Positions 56,124 to 64,000 of a stretch of DNA of 64,000 nucleotides are shown one piece after another (the first letter of the stretch is position 1; the number at the start of each line of letters is the position of its first letter). The notes under the pieces were generated by a model. That model saw only the letters and a program-made list of their open reading frames with translations, did not search any database and was not told where the DNA came from. A program made the position numbers and the translations under genes. Source of the stretch: an uncultured beta proteobacterium (GTDB lineage: Bacteria > Pseudomonadota > Gammaproteobacteria > Burkholderiales > SG8-41); assembly GCA_963829085.1 (NCBI GenBank), contig CAWHHJ010000006.1, positions 239,398 through 303,397 on the forward strand, read 5' to 3'.

Positions 56124-57428
56124 TCACGGCGCGTAAACCCAAAGGTCGAGCAGCACTGAGCATCCGGGCACTGGAATAAACGGGACTTCAACCGCGGAAT
56201 ACGGCAGATGCTGCCCGGGCAAATGCTGTTGCCATACCTGATAGGCTGGATAGAACTCGTTTAGGTCGGTGTGAAATTGCTGAATGCGCACGACGTTGGC
56301 GAGCGAAGTGCCGGCGGACGCACATATTTTCCGCGCATTGGTGAGCAGATAATCCATTTGCGCTTCAATGCTCGATCCAAAGTAAGGCTGCGCCGGATCG
56401 ATCCGCGCCCTTTCAATGACGCCGTTGCTGTCGATGGCCACGAGCCCGGAGATGAACAGGAGATCGCCGGCATGCACCGCTTGCGTGTGGCCGGACCAGG
56501 CCGGCATCACCCCTGCGTCGATGAAGCGCGGGCGCGTCTTGCCTGCTGTCTTCAATGCGATCGCATTGATTTCCATGCGGCCTTCTTCAATCGCGAGTCC
56601 CGGCGTCGACATGGGAATGACGCTCGTCGCCGGCACGTTCTGCGGGAAGTGCGCGCGCCACACTTCGTTGAATGGGGCGAAGTCCGCAGGATCGCGCAGA
56701 TAAACCTGGCACTTCACCATGTCGCCGAGCGAAGAAGCTGCCGCTTCGAGCGCGGGCGCCAGTTTCTGCGTGATGATGAATTCAGTCTCCAGCTTGACCG
56801 GCACGCCTTTCCACAAATGACCCGCAGGCAGCCTCACCTCCGGCGCGAGCCCGTCGGTCAGAACAAGCGCATCGGCAAGACGCCCCGCAACGAAGACAAA
56901 ATCGCCGGCTGTCACGGCAAGGCTGTAGCCCGAGCTTTCGTGGATTGCATGTGCTTTGTGTCGCACATGCTCTACGTTCATGCCTTTGCCCGGAGCGACG
57001 GCGATCATCTCCATTTCGATGTCCTGGCCCTCGAGCAAAAAGCGCTGCTGAAGTATCGACGTGCTCGGTGGTATGTGTTCGCCGAGCGCGGCGCGGCGCG
57101 CGCCATGATAAGGCGGCACGGCGCGATAGTCGGTGTAATACTGATCAACGCGCACGATATCCGCGTAGCTCGCGCTGCGAGCGTTCAGCACGCGGCCGAG
57201 ATTCGAGAATATTTGATCGGACTCGCGGCGGTGCTTGGAACTTTCCCATGAGGGCAAGCCTGAACGCAGTACTTTCGCCGCCATGCTGCCGGCCAAGTCA
57301 TCATTACCCTTATGACCCGTCGCGAAAATCCAGGGGCCGGCCTTAACGCCGGGCGCGTAGCGGATACCGCCTTGCTCAATCGTAACAGGCAGTAATGCTT
57401 CGACTTGCGGCGCGACTGGTGTTGCCAT
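56124..57428 (-). CDS. Single-chain protein made of three tandem RidA/YjgF/L-PSP-like domains
   Basis: MATPVAPQ start. Three ~130-aa units share the same pattern: GPWIFATGH...IVRVDQYYTD...IEMEMIAVA; GDFVFVAGR...MVKCQVYLRD...MEINAIAL; GDLLFISGL...VVRIQQFHTD...LLDLWVYA. Confidence 0.8.
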   Translation of the reverse strand: MATPVAPQVEALLPVTIEQGGIRYAPGVKAGPWIFATGHKGNDDLAGSMAAKVLRSGLPSWESSKHRRESDQIFSNLGRVLNARSASYADIVRVDQYYTDYRAVPPYHGARRAALGEHIPPSTSILQQRFLLEGQDIEMEMIAVAPGKGMNVEHVRHKAHAIHESSGYSLAVTAGDFVFVAGRLADALVLTDGLAPEVRLPAGHLWKGVPVKLETEFIITQKLAPALEAAASSLGDMVKCQVYLRDPADFAPFNEVWRAHFPQNVPATSVIPMSTPGLAIEEGRMEINAIALKTAGKTRPRFIDAGVMPAWSGHTQAVHAGDLLFISGLVAIDSNGVIERARIDPAQPYFGSSIEAQMDYLLTNARKICASAGTSLANVVRIQQFHTDLNEFYPAYQVWQQHLPGQHLPYSAVEVPFIPVPGCSVLLDLWVYAP

Positions 57429-57450
57429 GATGCTCACGGTTTTTGCAGCA

Positions 57451-58428
57451 TTACGTTTCCGGCGTCGCACCCGCCTCTTTGATAAGCGGCGCCCAGCGTT
57501 GCACGTCTTCGCGCAGGTACTTGCCGAATTCGTCCGGCCCGAGATAGCGCGGCTCGCCGCCCGCGTTATAGATGCGCTCCTCGATATCGGGCATCTTCAC
57601 GACGCGCGCGATTTCGGCGCTCATCTTGTTGATGATTGCTTTCGGCACGCCCGCGGGAAAGGCCGCGCCGGCGAAACCCGCCAATGTCTCGAACGGATAG
57701 CCGCTTTCCGCGAACGTCGGCACGTCCGGCAACACGCGCATGCGCGTTCGGCCCGCCAGCGCGAGCGCCTTCACACGGCCGGCGCGGATGTGGGGAAGCG
57801 AACCGGGCACATTGACGAAGACCGCGTCGACGCGGCCGCCCATGAGATCGATCATGCCGGCGGCGCTGCCGTTGTATGGTATGTGCACAGCGTCAAAACC
57901 AGCGACTTTTCGAAACAGCTCCATGGCGAGATGCTGCGCCCCGCCGGCGCCCGAGGACGCGTATGCAATCGACGGCTTCTTATTCTTCGCCCATGCGACG
58001 AAGTCTTTCGCAGTATCGACAGGCGTGCGCGCCTGCACGACCAGTAAACTCGGGTATTCCGCGATCAGGGCAACCGGCGCGAAATCTTTCAGGCCGAATG
58101 AAAGATTGGGAATCAGCGTGAGCTGCAGAGAGAGCGGCTGGCTGATGAAGCCCAGCGTGTAACCGTCAGGCGGCGCCTTTGCAACCAGCGCATTCGCGAT
58201 GATGCCGTTAGCACCGGGCCGGTTGTCATAGACGAAGCCCTGATGCATCGACTCGCTGAGCTTCTGACCCACTGTGCGCGTGAGAATGTCCGAAACGCCG
58301 GCCGGCGGGAAGTCGATGATCCAGCGTATGGGCTTCGATGGATAATCCGTTGCAGCGCCTTGAGCGATGGCTTGCGCCGCGGATAGACCGAGCAATATTC
58401 CAAGCGTAAGGCGCAGCATGCGGCGCAT
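57451..58428 (-). CDS. Bug/TctC-family periplasmic solute receptor
   Basis: MRRMLRLTLGILLGLSAAQAIAQGAATDYPSKPIRWIIDFPPAGVSD (variant signature). Confidence 0.88.
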   Translation of the reverse strand: MRRMLRLTLGILLGLSAAQAIAQGAATDYPSKPIRWIIDFPPAGVSDILTRTVGQKLSESMHQGFVYDNRPGANGIIANALVAKAPPDGYTLGFISQPLSLQLTLIPNLSFGLKDFAPVALIAEYPSLLVVQARTPVDTAKDFVAWAKNKKPSIAYASSGAGGAQHLAMELFRKVAGFDAVHIPYNGSAAGMIDLMGGRVDAVFVNVPGSLPHIRAGRVKALALAGRTRMRVLPDVPTFAESGYPFETLAGFAGAAFPAGVPKAIINKMSAEIARVVKMPDIEERIYNAGGEPRYLGPDEFGKYLREDVQRWAPLIKEAGATPET

Positions 58429-58532
58429 GCAATTCCTCCTTTTTGAAACGGCCGGCGCGAGCGTCGCCGCTGGCAGCGATTATACTCAGCGTGATTGATG
58501 ATGGATGGCGCCTGATTGCTCCAACAATTTTC

Positions 58533-59669
58533 TTATTGCCGCGCAAGACACGTGCGAAAACGTTCGTCTACTCGATTAGCAAACCAGTCGGTCGTCAGCT
58601 TGCGCGTGATTTTCGGACTTTGCAGTTGGATACGCGGCAGCACCGCTGCCGGCAACGGTTTACCGCTTATTTTCTCGCCGAGCGCGAACACGCGCGTATA
58701 CAAGCGGGTTTTTTCAAAGTCACGCGTCTTTCCGAGCTCGAGGTCGCGATGTATGTCTGCGTTGCTCATATCAAGCCGGTGCGCGAGCATGCGCGCCGCA
58801 AGCTCGGTACCACCCGGCGGCTCGCTTGCTGGTCGGCCCTGCTCATAACGCAGCAAATCGCCGTCGAGCGCAATCGGTATGCCCGACAACTGAGTGACCG
58901 CATTCTGGAACGCAGCATTGCGGCTCGCATAGCGTCCCGCATTGAAATCGGCGAACCGGTAAATCGGACTGTCATAGGCGGCAGGGTAATCCAGCAAATG
59001 TGCGATGCCGAAGTACATGCCACCGCGGCGCGTGAATACCTCGTGGCGGATGGAACCGGTCACGGGATACGGATAGCCTTTTGCCGCCGCATGCGCTTCG
59101 GCGAAGGCGACGCTCACTTGCATGGGGCCGCCGGTACGAACAGGATTACGCTCGGCGAAAAATCTCTTGCCGAGCGGTACCATGTCGATGAAGTCCTCGA
59201 AAATTTCGCTCAACTGCAATTCGGTCTTCACGTTGTCGAGCCGCTCGTTATAGCTTTTGCCGTTTGGAGACGTCAGCGCAAGTGCAGCCATCACCACAAG
59301 CTTCGGCACTCCGGCGCGCTCGCGCTGCTTGTCGATTTCCTTCCATGCGATACCCGAAAGTCCGGGAATCGACGGGTCAACGCGGAATCCGGATTCCTGT
59401 TCGGTGATGGCAACAACGGAACATATATTTTCAGGCGTTGGCGCGATTTCCATCGCGGCGATTGCTGCGTAAATGTCGGTAGCCCATCCTGCCCGGTCGG
59501 GCACATTCGCCGGGACGAGCCGGCCAACGAGCGCGCGTCCTTCGGCGGCAGTCAAAGGACGTGTCGCGGGTGCTCGCGACGATTCATCCGAGGCACAACC
59601 CGCCAGCACGAGCGTGATGATCAACAGACAGAGCCAACGAAACGGTGATGCGGACACTCGTGAGCTCAT
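58533..59669 (-). CDS. Conserved lipoprotein, DUF1615-like
   Basis: MSSRVSASPFRWLCLLIITLVLAGCAS lipobox. ITEQESGFRVDPSIPGL, RNPVRTGGPMQVS, YRFADFNAGRYASRNAAFQ. Confidence 0.6.
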   Translation of the reverse strand: MSSRVSASPFRWLCLLIITLVLAGCASDESSRAPATRPLTAAEGRALVGRLVPANVPDRAGWATDIYAAIAAMEIAPTPENICSVVAITEQESGFRVDPSIPGLSGIAWKEIDKQRERAGVPKLVVMAALALTSPNGKSYNERLDNVKTELQLSEIFEDFIDMVPLGKRFFAERNPVRTGGPMQVSVAFAEAHAAAKGYPYPVTGSIRHEVFTRRGGMYFGIAHLLDYPAAYDSPIYRFADFNAGRYASRNAAFQNAVTQLSGIPIALDGDLLRYEQGRPASEPPGGTELAARMLAHRLDMSNADIHRDLELGKTRDFEKTRLYTRVFALGEKISGKPLPAAVLPRIQLQSPKITRKLTTDWFANRVDERFRTCLARQ

Positions 59670-59872
59670 GCGCTCTGGATATGTCAGCGCAACGTCAAGT
59701 TTCATCGGGCAGCTTGCCTCCTCTACCGTGCGTTTTCAACCGCGCTATCTCAGACAGATAATCCTATAACTGGTTGCACCTTCCGGAGGATACCGAACCG
59801 CGCACGATGAACGGGATTCCCGGTTGACGGCAGCGTTATAATTGCCACCGTGTCTCTTGGAATTTTAAAAGC

Positions 59873-60751
59873 ATGATTCAAGTAAGCTTTCGCCGGTTAC
59901 ATCCATCTGTCGGCGCGGAGGTTAGCGCCATGGATCTGCGTAACATCACCGATCGAAGCACACTCGACCGGCTGCGCGATGGCATGGATGAATACGCGGT
60001 GCTCGTGTTTCGAGACCAGCCGTTCACCGACGCCGAGCAGCTCGCCTTCGCGCAGCGTTTCGACGGGGCAATCCATTCGAAAACCGGAGTGTCGGCGCTC
60101 GGCAGGAATCGCCTCGGCAATGAGGCGGTCTCGGATATTTCGAACATCGATGAGAGCGGTCAGATTCGCGGTCCGGAAGATCGCAGGCGCATGTACTCAC
60201 TCGCGAACCGTCTATGGCATACCGATGCCTCTTTTCAGAAGCCCGCCGGCCGCTATTCGATGCTGTCCGCGCGCGTCGTGCCGCCGGTCAGAGCGGACAC
60301 GGAATTTGCGGACATGCGCGCAGCCTACGACGCGCTTGATGATGCGACGAAAAACGAGATCCGGGATTTGACGGTGCATCACTCGATCGCTTATTCGCGG
60401 CAGACGCTGGGGTTCGAGTTCTCGCAGGCGGAACAGGACCAGCTCAAAGGTGCCGTGCATCCGATCATCCGCGTCAACCCGCGGACTCAGCGCCGCTCGC
60501 TGTATCTCGCGGCGCACGCGACGCGCATCATGGAATGGCCTGTTCCCGAGGGACGGCTGCTGCTGCGCGACCTCACCGAGCATGCAACCCAACCGCAGTT
60601 CGTGTATCGCCATGAATGGCGGACGGGCGATCTCGTGATCTGGGACAACCTCGCGACGATGCATCGCGGCCGCTCGTTTGACGACGCAACATATCGGCGT
60701 GAGTTGAGACGCGTGACGACGCTGGACGTGGAGGAGCGGGCGATAGCGTAA
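59873..60751 (+). CDS. TauD/TfdA family Fe(II)/2-oxoglutarate-dependent dioxygenase
   Basis: LHPSVGAEVSAMDL..., WHTDASF (HxD facial-triad region), TEFADMRAAYDAL, IWDNLATMHRG. Confidence 0.85.
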   Translation: MIQVSFRRLHPSVGAEVSAMDLRNITDRSTLDRLRDGMDEYAVLVFRDQPFTDAEQLAFAQRFDGAIHSKTGVSALGRNRLGNEAVSDISNIDESGQIRGPEDRRRMYSLANRLWHTDASFQKPAGRYSMLSARVVPPVRADTEFADMRAAYDALDDATKNEIRDLTVHHSIAYSRQTLGFEFSQAEQDQLKGAVHPIIRVNPRTQRRSLYLAAHATRIMEWPVPEGRLLLRDLTEHATQPQFVYRHEWRTGDLVIWDNLATMHRGRSFDDATYRRELRRVTTLDVEERAIA

Positions 60752-60911
60752 GTTGCGCAATCGCCGCAGCTAAATCGGCTCGAGCCGACGACGCACGTTT
60801 AAGAAACGCAGCAAAGTCGGCACGCGATGCGGGCGCGAACATCGAATCAGTAAGTGAAGTCAGCGCAGGTAACCCGCGATCAAGTTAGCGCAGGCGAGTG
60901 GCCGGAGGAAC

Positions 60912-61907
60912 ATGAAGCCGCCGAATATGAATGCATCGCTTGTGCTCGCCGCGTGTTGCACCATGATGTCATGCGCCCATGCGCAGGCGCCGAAGGTTGT
61001 CAATCCGGCGCAATATCCGAACAAGCAGATACGCGTGATATTGCCGCTCACCGCCGGCGGGCCGACGGACATTCTGGCGCGCTTGATCGCACAGCCGCTG
61101 TCAACCAGCCTGGGTCAGCAAATCGTCATCGACAACCGGCCGGGCGCGGCGGGCAACATCGCCGCAGAGCTTGCAGCGAAATCTCCTGCCGACGGCTACA
61201 CACTTTTCATGGCAGGCTCGGGTAACTTCGCAATCAACGTCAGCCTGTTCGACAAACTGCCGTACGATCCGCTGCGTGATTTCGCGCCGATCATACTCAT
61301 GGCATCAGCGCCGTTTATAGTCGCCACGCATCCGTCGGTGCCGGCAAAGAATCTTGCTGAACTCATCAAGCTTGCCAAGGCTAAGCCTGCGCAACTCAAT
61401 TACGGTGCAGTGCCCGGCAATGGCGCTCACCTCGCGACCGAACTACTCAAAAGCATGGCGCACATCAACATCGTGCACATTCCGTACAAAGGCGCCGCAC
61501 CCGCAACCACAGATCTCATTGCCGGTCAGATTCAAGTGAGTCTCGCGTCGACGCCCGGCTCAATGCCTTATGTGCAAACCGGGAAGCTCCGAGCACTTGC
61601 CGTGACGAGCGCTGCGCGTATCACCCCACTGCCGGAACTGCCAACGGTTGCCGAGGCAGGGCTCAAGGGTTATGAAGCGAGCACCTGGTACGGCCTCGTG
61701 GCGCCGGCCGGCACGCCGCGGGAAATCGTCGACCGGCTGAGTTCCGAGATTGACCGGATCATCGCGCAGCCGGCAACGCGCGAGCGCATGGTTGCAAACC
61801 ACTATGAACCGGTCACCATGACCCCGGATCAATTCCACGCGTACATGAAAGCTGAAATCGAGAAGTGGGCGAAGGTCGTCAAAATGTCAGGAGCGAAGGC
61901 GGACTGA
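60912..61907 (+). CDS. Bug/TctC-family periplasmic solute receptor
   Basis: ATG after GGAGGAAC. ...CCTMMSCAHAQAPKVVNPAQYPNKQIRVILPLTAGGPTD. Confidence 0.9.
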   Translation: MKPPNMNASLVLAACCTMMSCAHAQAPKVVNPAQYPNKQIRVILPLTAGGPTDILARLIAQPLSTSLGQQIVIDNRPGAAGNIAAELAAKSPADGYTLFMAGSGNFAINVSLFDKLPYDPLRDFAPIILMASAPFIVATHPSVPAKNLAELIKLAKAKPAQLNYGAVPGNGAHLATELLKSMAHINIVHIPYKGAAPATTDLIAGQIQVSLASTPGSMPYVQTGKLRALAVTSAARITPLPELPTVAEAGLKGYEASTWYGLVAPAGTPREIVDRLSSEIDRIIAQPATRERMVANHYEPVTMTPDQFHAYMKAEIEKWAKVVKMSGAKAD

Positions 61908-61919
61908 CGCTTGACGCTG

Positions 61920-63056
61920 TTATGCGGGCACTAGCACGAGCCGCGTGATCTCGGATGGCGCCCCGAGGCGCTTCGGCGGGCCCCAATACCCCGTGCCGCG
62001 ACTCGTGTACACCCATAACCTGCCCAGGCGGTGCAAACCAGCCGTGAACGGCTGCCAGAATCTGACGAAAAAAATCCAGGGCAGAAACTGGCCGCCGTGC
62101 GTGTGCCCCGAAAGCTGCAGATCGTAGCCCGCCTGCTCGGCCGCGAACGCAGAACGCGGCTGATGTGCAAGCAGCAGCTTGACGTTGGCATGGCCGGGCG
62201 CGCCTGCAATTGCGCGTGCAGGATCACTGCGCTGTGACGGATCGAAATGGTGCGCGCTGTAGTCAGTGACACCGGCCACGACGACCGCTGCGCCTTCATG
62301 TTGCACGACGACATGCTCATTCATGAGCACGCGCAGACCGAGCCGGCGTACTTCCGCCACCCATGCCTCTGCTCCCGAGTAATACTCATGGTTACCGGTC
62401 ACGAAGTAGGCGCCGTGCCGCGCGGATAATTTTGAGAGCGGCTCTGTGTCGTGAGACAGGCGCGCCACGCTGCCATCCACAAGGTCGCCGGTAACCGCAA
62501 CCATATCCGCATTGAGATCATTCACCGCGTCAACCACGGCTTCGACGTAGTTGCGCTTGATCGTGGGTCCGACGTGCATGTCGCTGATCTGCGCAATCGT
62601 GAATCCATGCAAAGATGCGGGCAGCCCGGAGATTGGTACTTCGACCGATTTCACGCGTGCCCGCCGTCTAGCATTCAGAAACCCGACCAGCGTAGACACC
62701 AGCGCCCCTATAACTACGATGGACGCGCTATAGTGAACCAGCGTCTGCAGCGGCAGCTGGCCGGGCACCAACCTATCAAAGCCCGTGCTAATCAGCAAAA
62801 CGACATCGCGCAGAAATGTGAGCACGAGCAGCGACGAAAATGAGCCCATCGCGAAGAGCCCTGCCCAGCCGACTCGATCCGAGAGCGGCTGGCGCCGGAT
62901 GCGGCGCGCCCTGAAGCCGAGCGGTATCAGCGCAGCTGACAAAATGAGCCATATTGAAAACGCCACGATCCCGACCGCGCCGAATTGCATGTCTGGGATG
63001 AGCCGCCAAGCGACATAGGCGTGCAGCAATACGGCGTAGCTATAGAATCGAATCAT
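61920..63056 (-). CDS. Membrane-anchored metallophosphoesterase (calcineurin-like, YaeI-type)
   Basis: MIRFYSYAVLLHAYVAWRL... with 4 N-terminal TM segments, then DMHVG, GDLVDG, GNHEY and GHTHGGQ motifs. Confidence 0.85.
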   Translation of the reverse strand: MIRFYSYAVLLHAYVAWRLIPDMQFGAVGIVAFSIWLILSAALIPLGFRARRIRRQPLSDRVGWAGLFAMGSFSSLLVLTFLRDVVLLISTGFDRLVPGQLPLQTLVHYSASIVVIGALVSTLVGFLNARRRARVKSVEVPISGLPASLHGFTIAQISDMHVGPTIKRNYVEAVVDAVNDLNADMVAVTGDLVDGSVARLSHDTEPLSKLSARHGAYFVTGNHEYYSGAEAWVAEVRRLGLRVLMNEHVVVQHEGAAVVVAGVTDYSAHHFDPSQRSDPARAIAGAPGHANVKLLLAHQPRSAFAAEQAGYDLQLSGHTHGGQFLPWIFFVRFWQPFTAGLHRLGRLWVYTSRGTGYWGPPKRLGAPSEITRLVLVPA

Positions 63057-63200
63057 ACGGAGGGAAGTCCTGCTTAGAGTCGTGCCCGACTGGAAGTTCG
63101 CGGCATTCGCCGGTACTTTGGGGCGTTTTATGCTGATGCAAGGGATGCACACAAGTGCGTCCCCGTGTAACCGGTCAGCGTCGGCCTGGCTTGCTAACCC

Positions 63201-63605
63201 TTAAACGACCTTTGCCGGAAAATCTCGCAGCATCTTTTCGAGTGCACCGAGTTCGATCGGTTTAATCAGGAAAAAATCGAAGCCGCTTGTATGCGCTCGC
63301 TCGCGTTGCTCAGCCTGCGTCCATCCAGTCAGCGCACCGATCAGGATCAGATCGCCGCCAGCCTGGTCGCGGATGCGTTTACACGCATCGTAGCCGTTGA
63401 GCCGGGGCATGCCTAGATCGAGCAGTATCATATCCGGCTTGAAGGTGAGCGTCGCAGATACCGCTTCATAGCCGTCATTCACGACGCAAGTCTCGTGCCC
63501 CATTACCTCGAGTAACATGGCCATACTGTGTGCGGCATCTGCGAGATCATCCGCGACCAGGATGCGCCGGCCCGACGATAATCGCGTAGGCTCGCTAATG
63601 CTCAT
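63201..63605 (-). CDS. Single-domain response regulator (CheY-like receiver)
   Basis: ILVADD, MILLDLGMPRLNG (phospho-acceptor Asp), ALTG, FLIKP. All canonical receiver residues are present; no output domain. Confidence 0.88.
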   Translation of the reverse strand: MSISEPTRLSSGRRILVADDLADAAHSMAMLLEVMGHETCVVNDGYEAVSATLTFKPDMILLDLGMPRLNGYDACKRIRDQAGGDLILIGALTGWTQAEQRERAHTSGFDFFLIKPIELGALEKMLRDFPAKVV

Positions 63606-63683
63606 TGTTCGATCGCGAGTAAAGCGTGCATAACGTCGAAGGCTGACGGGCGTGGTAGCGCGATGTGCAACAGCGGCCTCTGC

Positions 63684-63950
63684 TTATAAGATCGACGTGG
63701 ATATCGTCGATAACGTACCGCCATAACTTCCCAGGAGCCTATGGCTTGCAGGGGAGAGCGTGAGTATCGCCGCTCGTTGATCGTGTGCGTGTTTACGCCG
63801 CACTACCGCACGCTGGCTTATGAGCTGGGCGAGGCGCCGGCGCACCGTGCTGCGCGAACTGATGTCGAGCAGAAAAAGCTGTTTCAGCGTCAGCGGTTGT
63901 TCCATCTCTTCGGCATAGCCGATCTCGATAACGATATCGAAATCGATCAC
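63684..63950 (-). CDS. Small hypothetical protein, possibly winged-helix DNA-binding
   Basis: 88 aa. LTLKQLFLLDISSRSTVRRRLAQLISQRAVVRR resembles an HTH recognition region. Close to the window edge, so context is missing. Confidence 0.35.
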   Translation of the reverse strand: MIDFDIVIEIGYAEEMEQPLTLKQLFLLDISSRSTVRRRLAQLISQRAVVRRKHAHDQRAAILTLSPASHRLLGSYGGTLSTISTSIL

Positions 63951-64000
63951 CGATTTAAGGAATGGAAGATGAAGTCTTTCGAATTCCCGAAGTTTTTTCA

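Noticed and set aside
58443-59648. 401-aa ORF on the plus strand opposite the DUF1615-like lipoprotein gene. Comparable cases are 56271..57251 opposite the RidA fusion and 48858..49730 opposite the MBL-REC-GAF gene.
   Set aside because: These are shadow ORFs with Arg-rich, low-information sequence, and the opposite strand carries clear family motifs.
59824-59842. TTGACG ... TATAAT pair upstream of the TauD/TfdA gene that looks like a sigma-70 promoter.
   Set aside because: Only 7 nt separate the two hexamers, against ~17 expected, so they cannot serve as one -35/-10 pair.
1-64000. Search for tRNA/rRNA genes, CRISPR arrays, IS elements, integrases, phage or defence-system genes (nucleases, ATPases, methylase-restriction pairs).
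   Set aside because: Nothing is recognisable by eye. The only repeats are the 3x17-bp tandem and the 138-nt hydrolase 3' duplication, and the single SAM methyltransferase (47116) has no restriction or DNA-binding partner. A covariance-model or HMM scan would be needed to exclude small RNAs.

Overview
GC-rich bacterial chromosomal segment. The gene content, dense arrays of Bug/TctC-type periplasmic receptors beside hydrolases, is typical of Burkholderiales-like betaproteobacteria; this taxon call is inference only. I can support about 65 protein-coding features, one 3x17-bp tandem repeat and one clear intrinsic terminator. I found no rRNA, tRNA, CRISPR array, transposase or integrase. The main theme is 21 paralogous Bug/TctC solute-receptor genes, 18 apparently intact and 3 frameshifted. 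None sits next to TctA/TctB membrane partners, and no classical transcription-factor gene occurs before the last ~800 bp of the window. The Bug genes are interleaved with catabolic enzymes: amidohydrolases (two exported), an amidase with a C-terminal extension, two MmgE/PrpD proteins (one decayed), three alpha/beta hydrolases plus a 3' remnant of a fourth, tandem polysaccharide-deacetylase paralogs, a leaderless type II asparaginase, a TauD/TfdA dioxygenase, two GSTs and a single-chain triple RidA protein. A housekeeping block lies at 25.6-28.6 kb (KefB/C-type antiporter, Tag, GNAT). Items most worth a second look: (1) a GltI-like ABC-type binding protein translationally coupled to a DctA-type symporter; (2) an MBL-fold / degenerate-receiver / GAF three-domain protein; (3) the triple RidA fusion; (4) six frame disruptions in five genes between 32.4 and 42.3 kb; (5) a duplicated hydrolase 3' end bracketing a 2-kb block; (6) a Ser/Gly-rich secreted protein. 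No defence system or mobile island is evident. Functional calls rest on motif recognition by eye and need HMM/BLAST confirmation.
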